The position numbers and the translations under genes are program-made. The notes beneath the pieces were generated by a model. It was not told the origin of the DNA, did not search any database, and was given only the letters and a program-made list of their open reading frames with translations. Below, piece by piece: positions 53,551 to 64,000 of a stretch of 64,000 nt of DNA. This DNA is from Octopus sinensis (taxonomy: Eukaryota). Each line of letters starts with the position of its first letter. Position 1 is the first letter of the stretch. The stretch spans positions 33,852,001 through 33,916,000 of the forward strand of contig NC_043000.1 in assembly GCF_006345805.1 (NCBI RefSeq), in the 5' to 3' direction.

Positions 53551-53964
53551 TCTTTCATATATATATATATATATGTTCATATATGCATATATATATATAC
53601 ATACATATATTATTCAATCTTTCTCTCTGTCTGTTCCACTTCCATCGTCTTTTTAATATTCCTCCATTCCCCCTTCTTCCATTTCCCAACCAAACCCAAT
53701 TGCTTCCTCTTGTCTACAGTTTTCCCTATTTTTTTCACTTCCCCCCTCTTTTCCCTTACCCTATTTCACCCCCGCTATTTTTCTACAAATCTATTTATAG
53801 AATTCCCCCCACTTGTTCCCTATTGCTATAGGCTCCCCTTCCCCCCTGTTTTAACCACCACCACCACATACAGTCCTATCCCTCACAAACCTTGTCTGTC
53901 TCGGCGCAAGTGAAGCCCAAATTCCTCTTCTGCCGTTAGGCTGGCTGCAATAGTCGCAGCAACG

Positions 53965-54590
53965 GTACAACTGGTGGTGGTGGTGGGGTGGTGATGGTGG
54001 GGTGGTGATGGTGGTGGTATTGGTGGTGTTGGCGGTGATGCTGGTGGTGGTGTTGATGGTGGCGGCGGTGGGGTGTTGGTGGTGGCGGCGGTGGGGTGGT
54101 GGTGGTGGCGGTGGCAACGGTGTTGGTGGTGTTGGTGGTGTTGATGGTGGTGGCGGTGGTGGTGGTGGTGGTGGTGGTGTGGTGGTGGTGGTGGTGGTGG
54201 TATTGGTGGTAGTGGTGGTGATGACGACAGTAATGGTGATTAAGGTTGTTAATGCTGTTGTTATGGTAGTGGTAATGATAGTGGTAGTGATGCTGTTTGG
54301 TAGCTATCATGGCGGTGATGACGGTGGCCTTGATGAGGAAGGTTTCTAGTAGCGGTGGTAGTGGTGGTGGTGATGGTGGTTGTATTACTAATGACACCAT
54401 TGGTCTTGCTGGTTTTGGCAGCAGACAAGAACCACTGTTGGCAAAAGTAGTAGCAATACTTGTAGTAATACCGGTGGCGGTGGTGGTAGTGGTAATGGTG
54501 GTGGTGGTGGTGGTTTTTGTAGAATTTTGTAAATCGTAGGGTTATAGAAATAGTGTTGTTAATGCTAATGGTGGTGGTGGTGGTGGTTGT
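53965..54590. repeat. (GGT)n-rich compound microsatellite
   Basis: Read directly from sequence. Confidence 0.92.
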
Positions 54591-55490
54591 AATAAAGAGG
54601 GCAGAGGTCGACGATCCACAGAGATTCAACATGTCATTGCAGGAGGATGACAGGAGGAAAGGGAGAGAGAAGGTAGGAGGCATTAGCGGGTAAAATAGCG
54701 CGCAGCGCACCGTGCACATATCTATGTCTGTGTCTGTGTGTTGGTGTAAGCATTTGAAGCTTCAGTGTGTCTGTGTGTTTGAACGATGATTGTATCTTGG
54801 GGCGTGTGTGTGTGTGTGTGTGAAGCTTTTGTCTATATGCTTATGTATATATGTGTGTATATATGTATGCATTATGTATGTAGGCGCATGTATACATGTG
54901 TGTATGGGTTTACTTTTCGCATATGATGTGCGTGTGACAGTTCACAGCCTTCAAATGCTGCTGGCTATGTCCCACATCCTTGTTCCGGCCATGTCCCAGA
55001 TTTCATCTCCATCCTCTACACTTTACAACAAATTTATATCCTGCATAAACACTGAAGACATCTTTATACGCTGAAGTTGTTTTGGCATTCATACCTTTCT
55101 GCAGACATTGAGAATCGAAAGCCAATCACACATTTTGAGCAATATTCTTTTCCAATATCTCTCGATTGCCCATACATTGTCGTCCAAATATCTCACTCCA
55201 ACTAATAGTGCCACGTGATATCTCACTTCACTCCCCACATCGTCACGTGGTCTTAACCTCATATTGCCACGTGACATCCATTTCCTTCCTTTCTACTAGT
55301 TTTTACTTTTTTAGTTCAATTTCTTCTTCCACGTATCCCTGTTGTTCTTCATGCACTGTTTTGAAAATCTCTTCAAATTCCAACTGAATAGCCATTGTCT
55401 TTTTCTATGATTAGGTTTTTCTGATTCAGAAATCTTTGCATTATTTACATTATTTACATTCGATGGAAATCTTTGTTTCGTGACAAGGGA

Positions 55491-55542
<52 letters not shown>

Positions 55543-55886
55543 GTCACTCTCTCACTCACTCTCTCACTCTCCCTCTCAGCCTTCTGTCATCTCTCTCCAT
55601 ATTTTATGCATTCTTTTCTTTTTTGTAATCCATTTTGACAGGCTCTCCCTCCTGGCAAACTTTCCGTTCTCACTCGGAGAGCACATTTTCTTAACCGCTG
55701 CAGCTGTAGTTGACTAACGACCAAGCTTATCCTGTTGTACAGTGAAACATTTACCGGGAAAGAGACATTTACTTGAAAATCTAGGCTCTTTAGCACAGTT
55801 CAGATATTAATTTGTATTCGCCATTCCATACATAGAGATATATAGTGTCTTATTCAGACACCATCTTTGTTATTAATGTGGCAGTG

Positions 55887-56095
55887 TAAGGCGCCAAGCT
55901 GGCAGAATCGAGAGCTTGCCGGGGAAAATGCTTAGAATTATTACTTTTGTTCTTAAGTCTTGAGTTCGAATTCTACCGAGGTCGACATTTGCTTTTATCT
56001 TTTCAGGTCGATAAAATAAGTATCAGTTGAATACTAGGGTTGCTGTATTCGACTTGCTCTCCCACTCCCGAAATTACTTTTCTACCAAAAATTTA
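55887..56095 (+). mobile_element. SINE family C, decayed
   Basis: Contains aagctggcagaatc...gagttcgaattctaccgaggtcgac...ggtcgataaaataagtatcag. Confidence 0.7.
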
Positions 56096-56675
56096 AAATC
56101 AATATTGTTATCTATTGTTATTTTTATTGCGATCCTGCACCAGCAGGTCATTGAGTAGGTTGCAGTGTTTCGCTTTGTCATTTTTTTCCTTTGCTTTTCG
56201 TTTTATTGTATAGATGTCCCCCTAAATATTCCGTGTAGAGCCTGTTTTACAGCCCGGTAGAACAGCTCTGTATTAGCTCCACAACAAAAATAAACTCAAC
56301 ACTCGCCACCAAAACCATCACCACTGCCACCGCCACCGCCATCATGATACAAAATTCTGATGTTTTGATACTTTTTTATATTTTGGTAATTCAAAGATAT
56401 TTCGGTAACAAGAATGAAATTTTCGACTCCTTCCACACTCAGTAGGATCTAACACTGAACAGAATCTCCCTTACACGCAAAGGAATCTATGCTGTCTTCA
56501 CACAATGGAATCCACCCACATCTGCCCTCAATCGAATTTACCCAACCCAGATATCTTTTCCTAATATGAAACTTTATTACTTGGATATGCAAACAACCGA
56601 ATCGATCCTTCTCAGAAACTCATATTTTATCGATCCCAAGCAGACTGCTTGGTCGTGTCTGGCGGAATCTAAACT

Positions 56676-56830
56676 CAGTGGTTCTCAACCATTCATTGCC
56701 TATGGACCCCCTTTGATTCCTACGTTGCTTGGGTGGAACCCCAAAGCCATTCGGTGTTAAAAAAATTCTGTTATTTTCTTATAATTAAATATTATTAGAG
56801 ATTGTGTTAAAAAGACAGTTAAAATACTTT
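56676..56830 (+). mobile_element. hAT-like MITE 5' fragment
   Basis: Starts CAGTGGTTCTCAACC...ggaccccc; similar to 24904-25050. Confidence 0.55.
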
Positions 56831-56840
56831 ATTCGTTCAT

Positions 56841-57003
56841 TCTTTCACTTGTTTCAGTCATTTGACTGCAGCCATGCTGGAGCACCGCCTTTAGTCGAAC
56901 AAATCGACCCCCAGACTTATTCTTCGTAAGTCTAGTACTTTTTCTATCGGGCCGTTTTGCCGAACCGCTAAGTTACGGGGACGTAAACACACCAACATCG
57001 GTT
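56841..57003 (-). mobile_element. SINE family A tail
   Basis: Contains cttgtttcagtcatttgactgcagccatgctggagcaccgcc. Confidence 0.85.
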
Positions 57004-57170
57004 GAACAGTCCTTATTCAGAGGTATGGCACATTGTTAGCGAATGTCCGAAATTAGGACAACGCGGATACGAAAGACGTCAAGTATAGATCAAGACATGA
57101 CAAAGTTGGCCAATATCTACACTGGTCAATATGGCTGCATTATAGAATCAAAAATGTTGACAAATGCTGC

Positions 57171-57404
57171 AAGGCGGCGAGCTGGCAAAAACGTCGGCAC
57201 GCCGGGCGAAATGCTTAGCGGTATTTCGTCTGCTGCTTCATTCTGAGTTCAAATTCCGTCGAGGTCGACTTTGCCTTTCATCCTTTCGGGGTCGATAAAT
57301 TAAGTACCAGTTATGCACTGGGGTCGATATAATCGACTTAATCCGTTTGTCTGTCCTTGTTCGTCCACTGTATGTTTATCCCCTTGTGGGCAATAAAAAA
57401 ATAA
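57171..57404 (+). mobile_element. SINE family C, near full length
   Basis: aaggcggcgagctggc head, B box GAGTTCAAATTCC, Deu/Nin-like core. Confidence 0.88.
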
Positions 57405-57765
57405 ATGCTACAAGCCCCATCCTCAGTCTCTAACTGAAGGAGAAAATGTAACGATTCTTTGGGACTTTCCAGTTTATATACACGGAACCATCAAAGCTAA
57501 TAAACGGGATATTGCTGTGAAAGACTAAAGCAATAAAATCTGGTTATTGATCAACATGAGTATCATATCTCGGAAAAACAATTTGATAAGCTCAGAAAAT
57601 ATAAAGATTTGCTGATTTAAATCGAAAAATGGCATCTCGGGTTGGTTACAATACCAATGGTTGTAGGAGAACATAGAATTAATAAGAATGTAACTGAAAA
57701 ATGAAAATGATCTTTGCAAGAAGTGCAAAAGATTGTTTTAACTGGTACGACCATAAACGTGAAGG
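57405..57765 (+). mobile_element. R4/Dong-like RLE fragment, heavily decayed
   Basis: Reads TEGENVTILWDFPV..HGTIKANKRDIAVKD...FDKLRKYKDLL...LQEVQKIVLTGT. Confidence 0.75.
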
Positions 57766-57769
57766 CATC

Positions 57770-58225
57770 GTCGAAAATAGATCCTATGGGATTTTATGAC
57801 TCAGTGCGACCATGAGATTGAGAATAGGAAGCCAGACAGTCTTAATTGAGAAAGAAAACAAACTATGCTGGATCATAGACATAGCATGCCCAGCTGACAA
57901 CAAGGTATGCGATAAAGAAGAAAGAAAAGTCGTGAGATATTACAGGTTAGCTTGGGAGGTGAAGCAGTTGTGGTCGATGAAAAAGATAGCCGTAGTACCA
58001 ATAATTGTCGGAGCCCTGGGAACAGTGAGCAAAAATCTCGTGAAGTACGTGGAACAAATAGGGGCTGCAATAAGGGTGGAGCACTTGCAGAAAACAGCAC
58101 TGCTTGGAACCACCCGAATACTCCGGAAGGTGCTCGAAAAATAAGAGGTCAGTGTCAGCTGTTCACTGGTAGTGAACAGCTGACACTGTAATACATCTCC
58201 AGCGTTAGAAGCTGTGCAAAGGCAA
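57770..58225 (+). mobile_element. R4/Dong-like RLE LINE 3' end with 3' UTR
   Basis: ORF 57812-58144 ends CWIIDIACPADNKV...VVPIIVGALGTV...LQKTALLGTTRILRKVLEK; followed by an (ATG)n/(ATA)n tail. Confidence 0.9.
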
Positions 58226-58266
58226 TGATGATGATGATGATGATAATAATAATAATAATAATAAAA

Positions 58267-58821
58267 TGCCCTGATGCAGTACCAGGCAGTGGCAATCATG
58301 GCTTCTGATCTTAACTGATTGGAAGTGTTATCATGTACATTGTTTTGTCTTGGTATAAAAGATGGGCTACAGCAAATATTCTGTTCAATACCACAGATTT
58401 GCTTGTCAGTTGTTTGACCTTAACCAGTTGAGCATGTCCCTTAGTGGCTGACGATATGTGCATCTCTGATCACGAGCAGAAGTAGTGGGGGAGCATCATA
58501 GCCATGTGTTGAGAAGGATTCTTTGGGGTTTGAATAATTCCCCTCTGGAAACATGGGTGTTTCGTTCAACGTCCTTAAACAACCCTTATTCAGGGACCTT
58601 TTGAGCCGGATGGGTTACTCGATCTGAAGAAAATTCTAACTGGGCCCCACCTGCAAGGTCATGTGCTGTTTATCTTGATATGAGATCACCATGTCGCGCA
58701 CATATGGTTGTGATGCATGTGCCTGGTGTACCCTTATCAGACGGGTAGTCATGATGGGTATACCGGGCTTCGTATATTTTACCCCAGTGTCACTTTGATG
58801 GCATGCTCTGCTCGCTCACTC
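58267..58821 (+). mobile_element. Element X, copy 2 (~555 bp) between (TAA)n tracts
   Basis: Co-linear with 1355-1888; (AAT)n at 58822-58872. Confidence 0.8.
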
Positions 58822-58873
<52 letters not shown>

Positions 58874-59390
58874 TATTATATATATTTTTTAGCTCAAGGA
58901 CAGCAGTTTTCTTTTGTAAGGAGAAAGGAAGTCGATTACATGGACCCTAGTATTTAACTGGTATTTTATCATACCCAAAAAGATGATATACAAAGCTGAC
59001 CTCGGTGGAGTTTGAACCCTGAACATGAGTGGGAAAAAATGCCACTAGACATTTTGTTCGACTCACTAATAAAAATGTGTACTGTTGTGTGACTGAAGGC
59101 TATGTCTTGGAATTGGCTTCTATCACATTCTTGACTCTAAATGTCTCCGTTAAATTTCGTCCTATCGTTTCTGTAACCTAAACCGTGAAGAATAAAGTTT
59201 AGGCAAGTGCGAGGTGTGAATCGTTCCTGTGATCGGAACCTCGCCTCTTGTCTTCTTATCAGGTTTGCTTACTCCTTGAAATACCCTGTCCCCATCCATG
59301 TGGTTTAAGAGTGGCGCTACACATTAATATATAGAGAGAGGGGGAGAGAGAGAGATGTTTGTTTGTCACATGACCGAGTGAAGCTCACTG

Positions 59391-59414
59391 TGACGTCACT
59401 AGTATGTGACGTCA
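59391..59414. promoter_or_regulatory. Two tandem full CRE palindromes (candidate only)
   Basis: TGACGTCA at 59391-59398 and 59407-59414. Confidence 0.3.
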
Positions 59415-59866
59415 CTAGCAGTAATGGGAACTAATGGAGGCAATACTACTGTTGGAAATACCATTGCATTATCTTGTCAACATTGCTGCTGCTGTTGTTG
59501 CCGCTGCTGCTGCGTATCTACTTGCCATAGAGCTACAACTGCCCCTGCTGCTGCTACTACTGCTGCTACTACTACGGCTGCTGCTGCTGCTGCGTAGCTA
59601 CCGTTACAGCTGCTGCGTATCTACTAATGATACAGCTGCAACTGCTGACACTGCTGCTGCTTCAGATGCTACTAGTACTACTGTCACTACTATTACTGCT
59701 GCTGCTGGTGTTAATACTACTGCCGATGCTGCTGGTGCTGCTCTTCAATCTCTCTTCTACTGCTGCAACTACCGCTGTTATCAATACTGCAGCAGCAACC
59801 ACTTCCACTGCAATATTACTATTATTACAGTAGCTGCTGCTACTACCACTACCACCACTACTATTG

Positions 59867-59899
<33 letters not shown>

Positions 59900-60385
59900 A
59901 CAAATATTTTCTTAATTTCGCTAGGTATGAGAGGTGTAGTCATTCATACAGTTCTCAGTATTTTTTAGGTGCATGTCTTAATACCTTCTACTTGATCGGG
60001 GTATTTATCTACCCGGAATCAATAATACAAGCCCCATTCAAATGCTGAGATCTGTCTCTACCCTGGTATAAATTTCACACATTCTGGTCAAGCACTAGGG
60101 GCAGGTGGGGGTGTCTATATCTACCCAGAATTAATAAAGCATGTTGCAGTATTTGAACAGAGCAGCTATCGCTTACACCCGGGTAGATGGAGTTCATAGT
60201 ACTGGCACTCGGGTGGAATCAACACAGACGGGGTGGGTAGCTGGATTTGGTGCTAAGCTCCTGGGGACAATAACGAAACACGCAAAGCGTTTCATACGAC
60301 ACTCTACCGACCCACCGCTACTACAAACAACAAACAAAACAATATTAGCAACTACACTACTACTACTACTACTACTACTATACTA

Positions 60386-60462
<77 letters not shown>

Positions 60463-61476
60463 CTGATGCTACTACTGCTACTTGTTCTGAGTTCGAATCC
60501 CGTTAAGATCAATCGTTAATCCAGGGACTGCACTGGGTCGATATTCTTCATTGTCCTTCCCTCTCTTCCTTTCTCTCTCTCTCTTAGTAGTGGCAATAGT
60601 AGCAATAGTAGTAGTAGCAGTAGTAGTAGTAGTAGTAGTTAGTAGTAGTAGTAGTAGTAGTCGTGTTTCCCTAGCAGTTGGTTATCGTTTAGCCCCAAGT
60701 CAGTCTTGGTGGAGAAGACCAATAAACCAAAAAGCAAAGGCCCTCCAGCCTTGAACAACCCATCTTATTTCTCTGGGCAGGGGCCACAGTATTCCATTAT
60801 CCAATACAGTAAGGCGGCAGAAGGCTGTGATTTAACGAAGATCTGGCTACTATTTCTTGCAGGCCCACCTACCACCTAGAGGTATACTACCCTGTTGACT
60901 TCTGGGTTTGGTGGCGGCGACGTCGAGTAGTTCTACTATCTGATGGTACCATCGATAGTGCTGCTACTGCCGCTGCTACTACTATTAGTACTACTGCTAC
61001 TATAGCGGGTTTCCTGCCGCTGCTGCTGGTTGTATTACTGTTACTGCTGCCACCACCACCACCACTACTATCACTACCACCAGCACTATTACTATTACTA
61101 CTACTGCTGCTGTTGCTTCTGCTGCTATTACGCCTTACGCTTAAAACACTTTAGCGACAGCAGTAACTGAAACAACTTCTTACGTAGACATGAATTTTCG
61201 GGGAGTAAGAAAGAGAAAAAAAAGCAAGAAGAGGTGGGAGAGAAAGAAAGAAAGAAAGAAGAGAAAACTTATGTATTTTTTGTTTGTTTGTTGTTTCTGG
61301 GGTTTATGTTATCTTATATCAAACATCATATTCACGCCTCACCCACTCGAGCGGAACAAGCTGAATTGAACCATCGAAACTGTCCTTTAAAATACGTTGA
61401 ACTCTGTGGGTCCCAGAACATACTACTGTGGCACTCACTCTCCTCCTCCCTGCATTAAAGACTCCAGCATTCACAC

Positions 61477-61507
<31 letters not shown>

Positions 61508-61510
<3 letters not shown>

Positions 61511-61894
61511 TGTGTGGTAAGTAGCTTGTGTATCAACCACATGGTTCCGGGTTCAGACCCACTGCGTGCCACCTTGGGCAAATGTCTTCTACTATGAGGG
61601 ATTTTGTAGACGGAAACTAAAAGAAGCCCGTCCTATATATGTATATATATAATATATATATACATATGTATGTTTGTGTATATGTATTTGTGTGTCTGTG
61701 TTTGTCCCACCAACATAGCTTGACAACCGATGCTGGTGTGTTTACGTCCCCGTAACATAGCGGTTCGGCAAAAAGGACCGATAGAATAAGTACTAGGCTT
61801 ACAAAGAATAGGTCCCGGGGTCGATTTGCTCGACATAAGGCGGTGCTCTAGCAGGCCGCAGTCAAATGACTGACACAGGTAAAAGAGTAAAAGA

Positions 61895-61896
<2 letters not shown>
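61508..61896 (+). mobile_element. SINE family A with an internal deletion
   Basis: Head gtggtaagtagcttg...gggttcag, internal (TA)/(TG), tail ggccgcagtcaaatgactg. Confidence 0.85.
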
Positions 61897-61950
<54 letters not shown>

Positions 61951-61957
61951 GTATGTA

Positions 61958-62507
61958 CGAGGGTGATTCAACAATTAATGCCATTTTGTTTAGGACAGGT
62001 ATAATTACCAACACAGGAACATGTATCATACATCAAAATAAAGCTGGTCCTCTGTGGATCACATCCCTACTTCTCAACATAGCCACAGTTTCTCTCAATA
62101 GCAATGTTCCAACTTCGAATGAAAGTATGTATCCCTGCCCCGTATAATTTTGTTGACTTTTTCTTTGAGCCACTTCTTCACTATAGTTTTCACTTCCTCG
62201 TCACTGGACTATCATCTCTTCGGCCCCATGAAAGAGGGTTTGGGAGGCAAACATTATTCCAGTGACAAGGAAGTGAAAACTGCAGTGAAGAAGTGGCTCA
62301 AAGAACCGTCAACAGAAATTTACGGGGCATGGATACGTGCTGTCATTCGAAGGTGGAACATTACCATTGAGAGAAACGGTAACTATGTTGAGAAGTAGGG
62401 ATATGATCTATAGAGGACCAGCTTCATTTTGATGTATGATACATGTTCCTGTGTCGGTAATTGTACCTGTCCTAAACAAAATGGCATTACTTTTTGACTC
62501 ACTCTCA
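61958..62507. mobile_element. Palindromic non-autonomous mariner built from two inverted 3' ends
   Basis: Arms 61958-62208 and 62258-62507; encodes DYHLFGPMKEGLGGKHYSSDKEVKTAVKKWL...YVEK*; TA on both sides. Confidence 0.88.
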
Positions 62508-62522
62508 TATATATATATATAT

Positions 62523-62716
62523 AGGCGCAGGAGTGTCTGTGTGGTAAGTGGCTTGCTTACCAGCCACATGGTTCCGGGTTCAGTCCCACTGCGTGACACC
62601 TTGGGCTAGTGTCTTCTATTTATAGCCTCGGGCCGACTAAAGCCTTGTGAGTGGATTTGGTAGACGGAAATTGAAAGAAGCCCGTCGTATATATATATAT
62701 TTGTGTGTGTGTGTGT

Positions 62717-62756
<40 letters not shown>

Positions 62757-62775
62757 CGTGCGTGTGTGTATGTGT

Positions 62776-62807
<32 letters not shown>

Positions 62808-62980
62808 CACCAAAAACGGCGCTTGACAACCGATGCTGGTTCGGCAAAACTTATCGGTTCCGTAAAACAGACTGATAGAATAAGTACTAGGCTTACAAAG
62901 AATAAGTCCTGGAATCAATTTGCACGACTAAAGGCGGTGCTCCATCATGGTGGCGGTCAAATGACTGAAACAATAAAAGA
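62523..62980 (+). mobile_element. SINE family A, full length
   Basis: Head aggcgcaggagtg..gtggtaag..gggttcagtccc; internal (TA)n(TG)n; tail ...caaatgactgaaacaataaaaga. Confidence 0.88.
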
Positions 62981-63009
62981 ATATAATGTGTGTGTGTAAT
63001 GTGTGTGTG

Positions 63010-63042
<33 letters not shown>

Positions 63043-63049
63043 TGTGTGA

Positions 63050-63149
63050 NNNNNNNNNNNNNNNNNNNNNNNNNNNNNNNNNNNNNNNNNNNNNNNNNNN
63101 NNNNNNNNNNNNNNNNNNNNNNNNNNNNNNNNNNNNNNNNNNNNNNNNN
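63050..63149. other. Assembly gap (100 N)
   Basis: Run of N flanked by (TG)n and (TA)n. Confidence 0.99.
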
Positions 63150-63197
<48 letters not shown>

Positions 63198-63261
63198 CAT
63201 ATGACATATATATATAGCATATAGCATATATATCTATGCATTATTATTATATATTTATCAT

Positions 63262-63292
<31 letters not shown>

Positions 63293-63342
63293 TCTATATA
63301 ATATAAGATATATATATTAAATATATACACATGTGTGTGGTC

Positions 63343-63402
<60 letters not shown>

Positions 63403-63698
63403 TGCATACATACACACACACAACAGGGATTCTACTTTCCGCGATTTTCCCTCTGTAATAAGCGCGCGCGCGAGTAGACACTCGCATACACACACACATG
63501 CACACTTACATGGACATATACACATGCACATGCACGCGCAAACTGACGCACGCTTCATTATGCAACTGTAGGAATCACTTGGACTAGCGTGGTTGCTCGT
63601 CCGCCTCATCTTCACCATAAACGACCAAGGCCTCCTGAGTTGATTTGGTTGACTGAAACTGAATGAAGCTTCATTCAGTTTCCGACAACCAAATCCAC

Positions 63699-63790
63699 TC
63701 AGGAATAGAAAAAGTCTTTTACGTTTCGAGCCTACGCTCTTCTACAGAAAGGGACACAGAAAAAACAAGGAGAGAAACAAAGAGAGAAAA
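63699..63790 (-). mobile_element. PLE-type terminal fragment with the best-preserved small hammerhead variant
   Basis: Minus strand 63717-63751: CUUU-CUGUAGA-A-GAGC.GUAG.GCUC-GAAAC-GUA-AAAG. Confidence 0.65.
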
Positions 63791-63813
63791 AAATGTGTAG
63801 TGGCTAACGATCT

Positions 63814-63853
<40 letters not shown>

Positions 63854-64000
63854 GAAAAATACACATTGTGTACAGGACATCACCAACGAGGGAAAATATG
63901 TAAAAACGAGAGAAAAGTACAAGACAAAATACTAAAAGAAGATAAAGCCTCATCAGTCGTCGGACTGTTTATTACTACCTATTTCATGCTTTTAAAGACA

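Noticed and set aside
55600-55720. Pyrimidine tract plus acceptor-like ttttgacag
   Set aside because: All three frames stop within about 30 codons, and the tract follows a (CT)n repeat.
62893-63241. ORFs containing X residues
   Set aside because: They span the 100-N gap and microsatellites.
63930-64000. Hammerhead at minus-strand CTGATGAGG
   Set aside because: No closing stem II or GAAA in the right order within the window.

Overview
Repeat-saturated eukaryotic DNA that is intergenic or intronic. I infer Octopus (coleoid cephalopod) from the SINE, LINE and microsatellite repertoire; this is unverified. I could not support any host protein-coding exon, rRNA, true tRNA or CRISPR array, and nearly all long ORFs in the track are microsatellite translations. 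The window holds: (1) 3' fragments of restriction-like-endonuclease (RLE) non-LTR retrotransposons (R4/Dong-like, HERO-like); (2) CR1/L2, RTE and L1/Tx1-like LINE relics; (3) Penelope-like (PLE) relics with minimal hammerhead ribozyme motifs, several in palindromes; (4) one full-length decayed mariner, mariner fragments and MITEs; (5) four tRNA-headed SINE families; (6) many microsatellites and a 100-N gap. The best leads are two fixed-boundary non-coding elements embedded in the same microsatellites that flank RLE LINE tails (~550 bp in (TAA)n, ~110 bp in (TACA)n), paired hammerheads with a U3-A8 core, a covarying LINE/SINE 3' stem-loop, and an in-frame CR1-RT/RLE junction. All alignments and folds were done by eye, and the boundaries of decayed elements are approximate.
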